DNA of 64,000 nucleotides from assembly GCA_963699165.1 (NCBI GenBank), contig OY969413.1, forward strand, positions 63,506 through 127,505, read 5' to 3'. Both the position numbers and the translations under genes were made by a program. The notes beneath the pieces are model-generated. The model had not been told where the DNA came from and made no database searches. It was given only the letters and a program-made list of their open reading frames with translations. Below, one piece after another: positions 21,476 to 31,010 of the stretch (positions are counted from its first letter, which is position 1; each line of letters starts with the position of its first letter). This DNA comes from Candidatus Kaiserbacteria bacterium (lineage in GTDB: Bacteria; Patescibacteriota; Minisyncoccia; Phycocordibacterales; Phycocordibacteraceae).

Positions 21476-22320
21476 GAACGAGTTGGCACAAGCGTTAATG
21501 ATTTTAATAAGTAAGTGCGCGGATTTCCGAACAATTCCGGTGAGGAAAATCTGAAGCAGAATTCCCTCACGTATTGCTCGAGGTTCTCGCTCCAGTGATG
21601 ATGATACATCCTCCGCACAAAGGTGCGGTATACGCCGAACACGCCTTCGATTTCGGAGGTATGTTCGAACTCGAATTTTGAATGAATGTCTCTGCTGTGG
21701 GAGACCGGCCATCGCTTGCCGACACCCCGGTATATCGAACCGCCATCGGTCCACAACTCGCTCCCCGGCTTCACTTTGGCAAAGAGAAAGTCCATCACGT
21801 CCGTCTTGTTCGGGAAGCGATTGTGCATGACGGTATAGGCAAGCTTTCTCGTTCCTTTCTGCTTGGCCATCACGAGAGCTGCGTTCTTGAAATATGCCTC
21901 GTCCATCTGCACGATACGCTCGAGAATATGCTCTTCTTGGGGCAAATGCTCACGAAAGGTGGCATACCAGCGGCGTATCGTTCGTTCAGGCAAATGCGTG
22001 AGCTCCATGGCCTGCAAGACGGGTTCTCGTATCGTCCAGCACCAGAGGAGCATCCACCACGTCTGGAGCGGAAGCTTGAGGTTTGAGAGCCAGGTATGCG
22101 AGAGGAGCGAGAACCTTCGGCGGCAGGCAACACACCGGTACCGGTCTTCGTACCGCACAATCCTGCGCGAGCGGCAGAGCGGGCAAAACACATTCTTTCC
22201 GAACAACGTTCGCCGCAAAAACTTTCTAATCTGCACTTCAGACGGAATTTGTTTGAGCGTGTACATAGCTTCCATGATACGGGAGCTGTGCCAACAGAGT
22301 CTGAATACCCGTTCTCACGC
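21456..22320 (-). mobile_element. IS1595-family insertion sequence (~0.87 kb)
   Basis: It has a single transposase ORF. Imperfect terminal inverted repeats CGTTCTCACGGGTATTAAGAACGAGTTGGCACA are found at ~21458 and TGTGCCAAC..AATACCCGTTCTCACG at ~22319. Confidence 0.7.
21472..22275 (-). CDS. IS1595-family transposase (N-terminal Zn-ribbon + DDE domain)
   Basis: It has an N-terminal CPLC..CVAC zinc ribbon and the QMDEAYF DDE core typical of ISXO2/IS1595 transposases. Confidence 0.8.
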   Translation of the reverse strand: MEAMYTLKQIPSEVQIRKFLRRTLFGKNVFCPLCRSRRIVRYEDRYRCVACRRRFSLLSHTWLSNLKLPLQTWWMLLWCWTIREPVLQAMELTHLPERTIRRWYATFREHLPQEEHILERIVQMDEAYFKNAALVMAKQKGTRKLAYTVMHNRFPNKTDVMDFLFAKVKPGSELWTDGGSIYRGVGKRWPVSHSRDIHSKFEFEHTSEIEGVFGVYRTFVRRMYHHHWSENLEQYVREFCFRFSSPELFGNPRTYLLKSLTLVPTRS

Positions 22321-22422
22321 GCTGTAAAGTTTCGGGGCGGCTGCAAGGCAGCCGCCCCGATGTGTTTCTGTGGATAACTCCAAATGGTATACTCTGCTCA
22401 CTCGCCTATAACTTTATCCACT

Positions 22423-22665
22423 ATGGACAAAACAATTACCATCTACAGCACACCGACCTGTCATTTCTGCCAAATGACAAAGGATTTTCTCAAGGAAAAG
22501 GGCATCGGCTATACCGAATACGACGTTGCGCACGACCTCGATAAGCGCCAGGAAATGATTCAAAAGTCAGGCCAGATGGGGGTGCCGGTCATTCTAGTGG
22601 GCGAAGAAGTGATTGTCGGCTTCGACAAGGAAAGGTTGCAGTCCTCCCTTGGTGTCGCCGTATAA
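22423..22665 (+). CDS. glutaredoxin / NrdH-like redoxin
   Basis: 81 aa with the CHFC active site in a thioredoxin fold (..ITIYSTPTCHFCQMTKDFL..GVPVILVG..). The start is chosen at MDKTITIY. Confidence 0.7.
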   Translation: MDKTITIYSTPTCHFCQMTKDFLKEKGIGYTEYDVAHDLDKRQEMIQKSGQMGVPVILVGEEVIVGFDKERLQSSLGVAV

Positions 22666-22674
22666 CTTACTTCG

Positions 22675-22746
22675 GCCCCTTTAGTTCAATGGATAGAACG
22701 GCTCACTCCTAACGAGCTGATTCAGGTTCGACTCCTGGAGGGGGCA
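22675..22746 (+). tRNA. tRNA-Arg (anticodon CCT)
   Basis: Acceptor GCCCCTT/AGGGGGC (one G-U pair), D-stem GTTC/GAAC, anticodon loop CTCCTAA, T-arm TCAGG-TTCGACT-CCTGG. It has a 4-nt variable loop and encodes no CCA. Confidence 0.75.
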
Positions 22747-22795
22747 CAAAAGACACGGAGAAGCGCTCTGCTGCGCTTCTCCGTGCTTTTGTGTC
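22747..22795 (+). terminator. long hairpin directly after tRNA-Arg
   Basis: CACAAAAGACACGGAGAAGCGC-TCTGCT-GCGCTTCTCCGTGCTTTTGTG forms a ~21-bp stem. Confidence 0.55.
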
Positions 22796-22825
22796 TGACG
22801 GAGCCATGTCCGAGTCTTCGAGGAC

Positions 22826-22885
22826 GGCGAGTCGGGGTCGAGAGCGCTTAGCAAAATGCGAATGCTTGGAGCATTTTACTTAGCG
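22826..22885 (+). other. conserved hairpin element, copy 1 (paralogous to 40060..40110)
   Basis: GCGCTTAGCAAAATGC-GAATGCTTGGA-GCATTTTACTTAGCGACTCGTGACC shares ~85% identity with copy 2. Stem substitutions are compensatory (AAAATGC/GCATTTT here versus AGAATGC/GCATTCT in copy 2). Confidence 0.45.
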
Positions 22886-23003
22886 ACTCGTGACCACAAA
22901 CGAGTGGGCCGACTCAGCTCATCAACTGCTTGCCGTGCGCCCAGGAGTCGATTCCTGCCAGTGGCACCAAAATCGCCGCGACGAGATGCTACACTAAAAG
23001 CAT

Positions 23004-23291
23004 ATGGACCCGGAAACTCGACGATTGCTTGAGGAGACGCACGCGCTTGCGCGCGACAATAACCAAATGCTCCGCGCCATACGGCGGCATCAGTGGCTCA
23101 GCTTTTTCTCCAACGTTATCTTCTGGATACTGATGATTGTCTTGCCGTTATATTTTTATCAGCAGTATCTTCAACCCGAAATAGCGAAGTTTTTGGCGAG
23201 CTATGGTATAAACACAAGCCCAAGCCCGCTCAATTTGCCATCTTCCGCAGATCTGCAAAAGCTGATAAACTCGTATAAAGCGGGGAAGTAG
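23004..23291 (+). CDS. small hypothetical membrane protein
   Basis: 95-aa ORF with one hydrophobic stretch (FFSNVIFWILMIVLPLYFY), immediately upstream of tRNA-Phe. Confidence 0.4.
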   Translation: MDPETRRLLEETHALARDNNQMLRAIRRHQWLSFFSNVIFWILMIVLPLYFYQQYLQPEIAKFLASYGINTSPSPLNLPSSADLQKLINSYKAGK

Positions 23292-23301
23292 CCCGCCGTT
23301 T

Positions 23302-23374
23302 GCTTGGATAGCTCAGTTGGTAGAGCACTTCCCTGAAGAGGAAGGGGTCCCCGGTTCGAGCCCGGGTCCAAGCA
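23302..23374 (+). tRNA. tRNA-Phe (anticodon GAA); integration site (attL) of the downstream element
   Basis: GCTTGGATAGCTCAGTTGGTAGAGCACTTCCCTGAAGAGGAAGGGGTCCCCGGTTCGAGCCCGGGTCCAAGCA. Its 3'-terminal 19 bp is duplicated at ~40111..40129. Confidence 0.9.
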
Positions 23375-23534
23375 CACACTAGTGACAAGTCGAGTGACCG
23401 AGTCACCTCGAATATTTACGCCGTATTTTTCACATTTGGTTCGAGACCTGGAAACGCAGCTAACTTGAGATAGGTTCGGACTCCGAGGAGCATGCCTCCT
23501 GTCAAATAGGTTCAGTTTGAAGTAATATACGCTC

Positions 23535-23912
23535 ATGCATGACCTGACGCCCTATAAAGACAAACCGTCTGACGAGTGGCTTTCTGTTACAGAGAAGTTG
23601 ATTAAGGAACATCCATTAGGACCTGAAGCGATGGTCGCAGTAGTAAAGAAATCATGGGATCAGATTTTCACGAGCAAAATCGGTGGAGTTATCCAGATAG
23701 GAGAAGAGATCGCCCTTACCCCTCAAATGATTGGTAATTTTCTGCATGTATTAGTTGCACATAATCTTTCAGAGAGCTCGCCGGAACTATGGCGGATAGA
23801 GGCTGCCGCTGGGGAAAAAGATGTTGTGTACGTGCCGGACGACTACTACTCATTGTACCGACCCCTATTCTTCAGACCACTTCCTAGACGAGTGAAGATA
23901 GTGTACGGGTGA
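23535..23912 (+). pseudogene. hypothetical protein, C-terminally truncated by IS-A copy 1
   Basis: The ORF is real-looking up to ~23853. Its last ~19 codons (..RPLFFRPLPRRVKIVYG) are encoded by the IS-A terminal repeat, and the same tail appears wherever IS-A abuts an ORF. Confidence 0.4.
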
Positions 23913-24696
23913 TGTGCGATTTCGCAAACTCTCTCGGTGCCATCTTGAGTGTTGAGTGTATACGCACGGTGTTGTACCGGTGAATTGTCTGATAGATTTC
24001 AGCAACAAGTTCACCAAGCGTATCGAAGCGATTGGGATCGCCCAGATCAGTTTTGAATTTTCCATAGAACGATTCTTGGTACCCGTTCTCCCACGGACAG
24101 CCCTTTTTTGAGCGAGAGATGCTGATGCCGAAATTGATGAGCATCTCTCGGAAGGATGCGGCATTGTATTCCACTCCGTTGTCGCTGTGAAAGATGGTGG
24201 GACGAGGATGGTTGAGAAGTGCCGCGCACAATGCCTGCGTCACAAGTACGGTTCCACCTCGCGTACCAATGGCGAGCCCAACGACACTTCGAGTGTATAC
24301 GTCCATGGTGGTTGCCACACGAATGTCTTTCCCTTTGAAATACACATGAGTGAAATCAGCGACCCATGCTTGATGCGGATAGGCGGGTACAATCCGCATC
24401 AGGAGATTTGGATACTCCACGGCTTGTTTCCTTGATTTCCTCCACCGTCTTCCTCTTCTTCGATATGCTTTGATACCAAAGAGTCGCATGACTCTTTGAA
24501 CCTTCTTTTTGTTCTCCTTGAGATACAGGGCAACTCTCCGGTATCCATACGAAGGAAACTCTCGAAGGACTTCTTCAATACGGCATTTGAGTGCCCAGTC
24601 TTTGTCAGGCTTCTTCTTTTGATACCAGAAGGTGGAACGAGCTATACCAAGAGTACGCGCTGTTGTGCGCGTACCAATCGGAGATTCTTTGCTCAC
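23884..24696 (-). CDS. IS3-family transposase OrfB (DDE integrase core)
   Basis: 270-aa rve domain (..WVADFTHVY..HSDNGVEY..CPWENGYQESFYGKFK..). Confidence 0.85.
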   Translation of the reverse strand: MSKESPIGTRTTARTLGIARSTFWYQKKKPDKDWALKCRIEEVLREFPSYGYRRVALYLKENKKKVQRVMRLFGIKAYRRRGRRWRKSRKQAVEYPNLLMRIVPAYPHQAWVADFTHVYFKGKDIRVATTMDVYTRSVVGLAIGTRGGTVLVTQALCAALLNHPRPTIFHSDNGVEYNAASFREMLINFGISISRSKKGCPWENGYQESFYGKFKTDLGDPNRFDTLGELVAEIYQTIHRYNTVRIHSTLKMAPREFAKSHITRTLSSLV

Positions 24697-24950
24697 TTCT
24701 TTTTTTGGGTTTCAGACAGCTTGAGCGTCATGAGTCCAACAAGACGAAGGAGTTCGTCATTCTCTTTTCGAAGTCTCGCAATCTCAAGAACAGATGCGGT
24801 ACCGTCTTGCACTTTCGCACCAAGCCAGCCATAGATGGTGGTCTCGTGGATACCATGCTCTTTGGCCGCTTGGGCGACAGTGACACCATCGTTCTTGATT
24901 CGATTAATGATTTGTTCCTTCACCTCAGGAGCGATGCGGTATTGCTTCAT
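24693..24950 (-). CDS. IS3-family transposase OrfA (HTH)
   Basis: 85 aa: MKQYRIAPEVKEQIINRIKNDGVTVAQAAKEHGIHETTIYGWL.. with a leucine-zipper tail. Confidence 0.85.
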   Translation of the reverse strand: MKQYRIAPEVKEQIINRIKNDGVTVAQAAKEHGIHETTIYGWLGAKVQDGTASVLEIARLRKENDELLRLVGLMTLKLSETQKKK

Positions 24951-25029
24951 ATGACGTCATTCTAGCGGTTAATCCCGTCTAGAACATGGTCTGAAATTTG
25001 GGGGTCAGGTCAATTGTCATCCATAAGTT

Positions 25030-25587
25030 CTATCTCTGCTTATATTTTCCCACAATCCGCTTTTTAATATCCTCGAGTTCTCGTTCGTTGAAAAGTTTAT
25101 CGTACTTCCATATTTTTCCTCCTGTGTCGAAAGCGCCGATGTATTGTTCACAATAAATTCTCGGATTAATGGCATACGCAGCGCCGCGTCGTTCCCAACC
25201 CGATGTCATGCCGTAGTCGTAGATGATATCGTGACCCAACGATCCTATCCATTGATGCGCGAGAATATTTCGCCAGTCGTGGATTATTTCGGCGATCTTG
25301 GAGAATTTTGTATCCTCAGAGTCACCATCGACATATGTCTCCAAGAACCATTTATATCCATCGAGTCCATTTTGGTCGACAAACACCTCCGCAATTGTCA
25401 GGGCGACGGCATGAATGCCGAGAAAAAGAAGTGTCGTTTGAGCCTGTCCGACCGTGAGCTCGATTTCATTATTGAAAAAATTGTCGATGGAATTCAGTAA
25501 TGTCTCGATAGCTTCAATCGGATGACCGTTTTGAAGACGTTGCAATCGATGTTCTTTTGACTCCGATTCGTGGGCGTTATTTCTCAT
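25030..25587 (-). CDS. hypothetical protein downstream of the serine recombinase
   Basis: 185-aa ORF with protein-like composition and no recognisable domain. Confidence 0.45.
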   Translation of the reverse strand: MRNNAHESESKEHRLQRLQNGHPIEAIETLLNSIDNFFNNEIELTVGQAQTTLLFLGIHAVALTIAEVFVDQNGLDGYKWFLETYVDGDSEDTKFSKIAEIIHDWRNILAHQWIGSLGHDIIYDYGMTSGWERRGAAYAINPRIYCEQYIGAFDTGGKIWKYDKLFNERELEDIKKRIVGKYKQR

Positions 25588-25633
25588 ATCTCTGGAGTAT
25601 AGAGCAAATTTCTGGTAAGGAAATTCCCAGATG

Positions 25634-26983
25634 CTAGATATTGCTCAGATCAACGTTTCCCATTATTACTTCTCGGTCTTTTAGTATCAACTGACTTTTA
25701 AGGCATGACAGTAGTTCTCGCTTTTCCGTAATCGTACCGTCCTTAAGTAAATATTTTGCATAGGTACGTATGTCGATATCGGGTGCACGATCTTTTTTCT
25801 TCGCACCGAGCACGCCCATTCGGAATTTGTTATATCGCACGATCTCTTCTTCTATTTTTTCTCGCATACCAATCTCATCCAGGTCGAGTGTGTCAAGCAG
25901 TTTCGATAGTTCTTCGATTAGTGCAGTCTCGTTAATGGCCGGATTCGTGCAGTCGGTTTTTGTACTTCGCGTACACATATAGTACACATGGCGATTCGCG
26001 CCTCCATTCTTCAGTTTCTTGAATTTCTCATCGGCAGTGATGCCGCTTCCGCAGTATCCGCATTTAATGAGTTTCGTAAATGCGAACTCCTTGCTCTCGG
26101 TCTTGGGGATATAGCGATCAGTGACCGCTTCATGTACTTTGTCGAATAATTCCTTCGTAATGAGTGGCTCATGTTTACCTTGATACCAATTGCCGCTCTC
26201 GACCGGGTATTCAAATTCGCCGTAGTAGAAGGAGTTGTGAAGAAGGAGAAAGATATTCCCTAAGGAAAGTGTTTTGCCGGTTCGTGTCTTGAATCCCATT
26301 TTCTTGAGCCACCGAAATACATCTCTACCACTCCATCCATCGTTACCAACTTTCTCGAATATCTGACGCACTACAATTGCGCGTTTCGGATCAGGTCGTA
26401 CTTGGCACTTCTTGTCGACATTCTTTTCTGGAAGATATCCGGTTGGTGCAACGCTCGGCCGCCATCCCGTTTCGCAACGTGCTCGCAGTCCGCGCTTCAC
26501 ATTGATTATTTTTTGATCGTTCTCGAGCTTCGCCTGCGAGCCGAGAATCATGAGCATGAATTTCTCGTTCGGATTGTTTGTGAATGTCTGACTATAGGTG
26601 CGGATCTCAACGAGCTTCTTTTGGTCAAACAGATCCACGACGGCGCCAAGGTCTCCGGCGTTACGACTTAACCGATCCGGTGCCCACGTCAGAATGCCGT
26701 TGAATTTGCCACATCGAATATCATCGAGAAGTTGGTTGTATATCGGCCTTTGGCCGACTTCCTTAGAGGAGTGCGATTCGCGCTTGATCTCAACGATCTC
26801 GAGACTTTCGCGCGAAGCGATGTCCGTCATTTCTTTCACTTGTGATTCGATGGAAAGAATTTGCCGATCTTCTTCCAAAGTACTTTTTCTTGCATAAAGG
26901 CAGTATTTAACCTTGATGGGTTCCGGTTTGACGGCCTGCCTCATAATGCCGCTAAAGGGTGCCCGAATTGCTGTTTGTGTCAT
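25634..26983 (-). CDS. large serine recombinase (integrase of the tRNA-Phe element)
   Basis: An N-terminal resolvase catalytic domain (YARKST..S..Q..) is followed by a recombinase domain, a Cys-rich zinc ribbon (CGYCGSGI..YYMCTRS) and a C-terminal coiled-coil. It reads toward tRNA-Phe. Confidence 0.85.
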   Translation of the reverse strand: MTQTAIRAPFSGIMRQAVKPEPIKVKYCLYARKSTLEEDRQILSIESQVKEMTDIASRESLEIVEIKRESHSSKEVGQRPIYNQLLDDIRCGKFNGILTWAPDRLSRNAGDLGAVVDLFDQKKLVEIRTYSQTFTNNPNEKFMLMILGSQAKLENDQKIINVKRGLRARCETGWRPSVAPTGYLPEKNVDKKCQVRPDPKRAIVVRQIFEKVGNDGWSGRDVFRWLKKMGFKTRTGKTLSLGNIFLLLHNSFYYGEFEYPVESGNWYQGKHEPLITKELFDKVHEAVTDRYIPKTESKEFAFTKLIKCGYCGSGITADEKFKKLKNGGANRHVYYMCTRSTKTDCTNPAINETALIEELSKLLDTLDLDEIGMREKIEEEIVRYNKFRMGVLGAKKKDRAPDIDIRTYAKYLLKDGTITEKRELLSCLKSQLILKDREVIMGNVDLSNI

Positions 26984-27135
26984 ACAGACACAAGGAATGA
27001 CGCTGACCGCTCTAGGAGTCCAGAGCGTCCGATGCCCTGAGTTGATAAGAAACGGCTTTATTTCAGGTCATTTTTGTGCTAAAATCACAAAATCCACTCA
27101 CTCTGTGGTCACTTTAAATTGGAGAAAAATAGCTA

Positions 27136-28586
27136 TGTTTGAAAATTCATTCAAAAATATAGACCAAATACTTCATACAGATTCTGGTTCAGCCACTGAA
27201 CTGGACTATGTCGAGCAGACATCGTGGATTCTCTTTTTGAAATACCTTGACGATTTGGACGAGGCAAAGAAAACGGAATCGGCCTTAGCAGGCAAAAAAT
27301 ACAGCTATATTCTTGATCCGCAGTATCGTTGGAACACTTGGGCTGCTCCAAAAACCGCTGATGGGAAAATAGATCATAACAAGACGCTCGACGGTGATGA
27401 TTTAAATGATTTCGTGAATCAAAAGCTATTTCCGTATTTGAAAAAATTTAAAGCCGAGGAACCGAATACTATTGAATATAAGATTGGTGAGATTTTTAGC
27501 GAGCTTAAGAATAAGATTTCTAGCGGCTATAAGTTGCGTGAGATTTTGAATATTGTTGATCGGATGCACTTCCGTCTATATGAAGAGAAGCATGAGCTGT
27601 CGCACCTCTACGAGGCAAAAATTAAAAATATGGGAAATGCCGGTAGAAATGGTGGCGAATACTACACACCGCGACCTCTTATTAAAACCATTGTAAAAGT
27701 AGTCGCGCCGACCATCGGCGAGACAATCTATGACGGTGCCTGTGGCTCGGCAGGATTCTTGGTGGAGTCGTTTAATTTTCTTACGCAGAATCAAGCCAAG
27801 CTGTCATCGGCGCAGATGGCGACACTTCAGAACAAGACGTTTTATGGAAAAGAAATAAAATCCCTTGCCTACATTATCGGCATCATGAATATGATCCTGC
27901 ACGGTATTGAAGCGCCGAACATCAGGCATATGAACACGCTCGCGCAGAACATTAACGACATTCAAGAAAAAGACCGCTACGATATTGTTCTAGCCAACCC
28001 TCCTTTTGGTGCGGGTATTGGGCGAGAGATTCAGCAAAACTTCCCCATAAAGACTGGCGAGACGGCATTTCTATTTCTTCAACACTTCATAAAAATACTC
28101 AAAGCTGGTGGTCGCGCGGGAATTGTTATTAAAAATACATTCCTATCCAACACCGACAATGCTTCTGTCAGTCTCCGCAAACTCCTTCTGGAGAACTGCA
28201 ACCTACATACCGTACTCGATCTGCCGGGAGGTGTTTTCGCCGGGGCAGGAGTGAAGACGGTCGTGCTCTTCTTTGAGAAAGGAAAGCCGACGAAGAAGGT
28301 GTGGTTCTATCAGCTGAATCTAAAGCGCAACCTCGGCAAGACCAATCCCCTTAATGAAGCAGACTTGGCAGAGTTTGTGGCGCTACAGAAGACGAAGGCG
28401 GATAGCGAGAATTCATGGAGCGTTGATATCTCAAGTGTTGATCAAAACACCTTTGACCTGTCAGTGAAGAATCCAAACAAAGGTGATGGGGTAGCTCTTC
28501 GTAGCCCTAAAGAGATTTTGAAACAAATGAAGGATTTAGATAAGGAAAGTGAAAAAATAGTGGCATCTCTAGAAAAACAACTATGA
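27136..28586 (+). CDS. HsdM-like N6-adenine DNA methyltransferase (type I RM M-subunit family) with no HsdS/HsdR partner
   Basis: It has an HsdM_N-like N-terminus, an NPPFG catalytic motif and a SAM-binding GACGSAGFL. An RBS GGAGAAAAA precedes the ATG at 27136. Its stop overlaps the start of the SIR2 gene (cTATGA). Confidence 0.8.
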
Positions 28587-29012
28587 AAGAACTAAAAGAT
28601 ATTAAAAAAACAATAGATAGCGCAAACATTAATTTCTTAATTGGATCAGGGTTGTCTAGTCCTTTTCTAGAAATTCTCAACCAAATTGAAACCAAGCTAA
28701 CGAAAGCAGAAAACGAAAAGAACGATGTTGAAGTTTTAAGATTAATGAAGGAATACTTTGAGAAATCGATGCTTGGAAACCTAAAAATCGTTGCTGAAAT
28801 TACTGATAAGGTTAAAGATGGAGTTCTAAAAAATTATGAAGATTTTTATAAGAAAATTAATCACATAGTTTTAAAGAGGGAGAGTTCCATTCTAACAAAA
28901 CAAATTAATGTCTTTACCACAAACGTAGATATTTTCTCTGAAAAGGCGCTAGAAAATACAGGGATTGGAAGGTACCCCTTTCTTCGTACACTCATTCTAT
29001 AAGTATAGGATA

Positions 29013-29795
29013 CTATGCTCTGCTCAGAGCAACAAACTCTCTTGGCGCCATACGCAGTGCTGAGTGAATGCGAGCGGTATTGTGATAGTGGATGGTGAGG
29101 TAGATCTCAGCCACTAATTCACCTAACGTGTCGAATCGGTTCGGATCACCCAGGTCAATCTTGAACCCTTTGTAGAAGGACTCTTGGTAGCCATTCTCCC
29201 AGGGACATCCAGGACGAGACATAGATTGCTGTATGCCGATCGTTGCCACGAGCATCGCATAATCCTTTGAGGCATACTCGCTGCCTTGATCCGAATGGAT
29301 GACACGAGGTGGCGATTTGTGATGCAATGCAGAGAGAAGTGCATTCATGATGAGTTGCGTGCTGTGGGTGGTGAGGACTGACACACCGACAATCTCTCGG
29401 GAATAGACGTCAAGGATGGTAGCGACGTATACCCAGTACCCGTGGTACTTGAGGTAGGTGAAGTCACTCGCCCAGATGTCACCGTCCTGCTCGGGAGTTT
29501 GATGGAGCAAGAAGTTCGGGAATATACTGTCTTTTGTCTTTAGCACAAATCGCTTCTTTGCGGTCCTCCGATATGGTTTGATACCGAACAATTTCATCAC
29601 ACGCAGAATGCGCTTTTTGTTGACTTTGAGGTAGAGTGCCAACCGTTTGTGCCCATAGGCGGGATGGCTATGCAGAGCTTCTTCGATGAGTTGCTTTGTG
29701 TGCCAATCCCTCCGAGCCTGCTTCGGCTCGTAGTACAGCGTACTGCGAGCAATACCGCTCTCGCGTGCAAGAGCACTCTTGTTTTCTCTCATCAA
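29013..29795 (-). CDS. IS3-family transposase OrfB (IS-B)
   Basis: 260-aa rve integrase core (..HSDQGSEYAS..CPWENGYQESFYKGFK..). Confidence 0.85.
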   Translation of the reverse strand: MMRENKSALARESGIARSTLYYEPKQARRDWHTKQLIEEALHSHPAYGHKRLALYLKVNKKRILRVMKLFGIKPYRRTAKKRFVLKTKDSIFPNFLLHQTPEQDGDIWASDFTYLKYHGYWVYVATILDVYSREIVGVSVLTTHSTQLIMNALLSALHHKSPPRVIHSDQGSEYASKDYAMLVATIGIQQSMSRPGCPWENGYQESFYKGFKIDLGDPNRFDTLGELVAEIYLTIHYHNTARIHSALRMAPREFVALSRA

Positions 29796-30052
29796 GAGCC
29801 CCTTTTTTCTCCGTTTGAGAGTTTAAACGTCAATTCTCCGATGAGTGCTTTAAGGAGACCGTTCTCCTTCTTCACTCTGTTGTGCTCAATGATACTCACT
29901 CCTTTTGCAGAGGTGCCAAGCCAAGCATAGATAGTGACGGTACTGACTCCGTGTTCTTTCGCTGCCTCAGCGACACTGATGCCATCGTTTTTGATACGGT
30001 TGATAATCTGCTCCTTAATCTCAGGAGCAATACGGTATGCTTTCTTTGCCAT
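29792..30052 (-). CDS. IS3-family transposase OrfA (IS-B)
   Basis: 86 aa: MAKKAYRIAPEIKEQIINRIKNDGISVAEAAKEHGVSTVTIYAWL.. Confidence 0.85.
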   Translation of the reverse strand: MAKKAYRIAPEIKEQIINRIKNDGISVAEAAKEHGVSTVTIYAWLGTSAKGVSIIEHNRVKKENGLLKALIGELTFKLSNGEKRGS

Positions 30053-31010
30053 AGGTACATTCTAAATTAGCTGCTGGTATTTAGAATGAGTGTCCGACGT
30101 TTGGGGTACCTTGCAGATCGATTTTAATGATGGTTTCAACGGAAGATTCAATCCTAAATATGATGTGGGAAATTTCAAGAAGTCTTATTTCAAGAAGAGT
30201 CTTCATTATGAGAACACGTCCGAAATACCTGTATTTAATATACTGAAGTTACACGGGTCTCTTTCTTGGAAAGAAACTGATAGAGAGATTTATTTGGATA
30301 GTGTCTTGGAACAAGTAAAAGAAGTCGAAAATAATAAAGTGTCTGAATTTTATGATTGTTTCAAAAAATTGATGGTCGTTAATCCAACTAAACAAAAGTT
30401 TGGAGACACATTATTAAATCAACGCTACTACGACTTGCTCAGAATTTTCTCTAACGAACTAGAGAAGGATAATACCGTACTATTCGCGATGGGCTTTTCA
30501 TTTATGGATGAGCACATTTACGACCTAACATTGAGAGTTGCAAATTCTAATCCTACTCTGAATATTTACATATTTAGTCACGGCTCCAAACCGAGTGATA
30601 CCTATCTAAAACTGGAAGCGGATGCTAAAAATAAAAATATAAAAATCCTTATTCCGGAAAGTGGAAAAGAGTACAGTCTAGAAACAATAACTTCAGACTG
30701 TTTTGATAAGATTATTCTCCCTGAAAAAGAGGTTGGCAAAGGGCTTATAGATACTTCATTGCCACAAAAAGATGACTGACGACCTTACCTTAATGGAGAA
30801 ATACATAATTGATAACTCAATTTTTAGAATTGGGAAGGTTATTGAAATATCAGGTCAATCTGTAAAAGTAAAAGTAGATACTGGGAAAAACACATCCTCA
30901 ATCTTGTATAAGGGGGAGATAATGCAAAATATTTCTGTACAAGGATATGTGAAAATAAAGAAGTGGAAGGTACCCCTTTCTTCGTACACTCATTCTATAA
31001 GTATAGGATA

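Larger units (their letters stand above)
23854..25012 (-). mobile_element. IS3-family element 'IS-A', copy 1 (1159 bp)
   Basis: Its ends are TGACCTGACCCCCAAATTTCAG...GGGGTCGGTACA (imperfect ~36-bp IRs with TG..CA termini). It has orfA+orfB with a -1 frameshift arrangement and is 100% repeated at 33185, 55034 and 56757. Confidence 0.85.
28966..30114 (-). mobile_element. IS3-family element 'IS-B', copy 1 (~1149 bp), with 3-bp target duplication GAT
   Basis: Its ends are TGGAAGGTACCCCTTTC...GGGGTACCTTGCA (TG..CA). orfA (29792..30052) and orfB (29013..29795) overlap with a -1 frameshift. The flanking GAT is duplicated. Confidence 0.85.
28583..30779 (+). pseudogene. SIR2-family protein (defence-type SIR2_2 domain) interrupted by IS-B copy 1
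   Basis: The N-terminal part 28583..~28965 (..INFLIGSGLS.., ..VFTTNVDIFSEKALE..) resumes at ~30115..30779 (..ILKLHGSLSW..). The reconstituted protein is ~346 aa. MSDVWGTL at the start of the 30090 ORF is IS-encoded. Confidence 0.75.

Noticed and set aside
22796-22990. Possible tmRNA (ssrA): a tag-like reading frame ending in TAG inside the hairpin element, and a downstream GGAGTCGATTCC..GCACCA resembling a T-arm plus ACCA 3' end
   Set aside because: No matching 5' acceptor strand (GGGG.. pairing with ..CAGTGGC) exists upstream. The tag peptide (AKCECLEHFT) does not end in the conserved A-A/L-A-A. The element is duplicated next to attR, which fits a mobile-element site better than ssrA.
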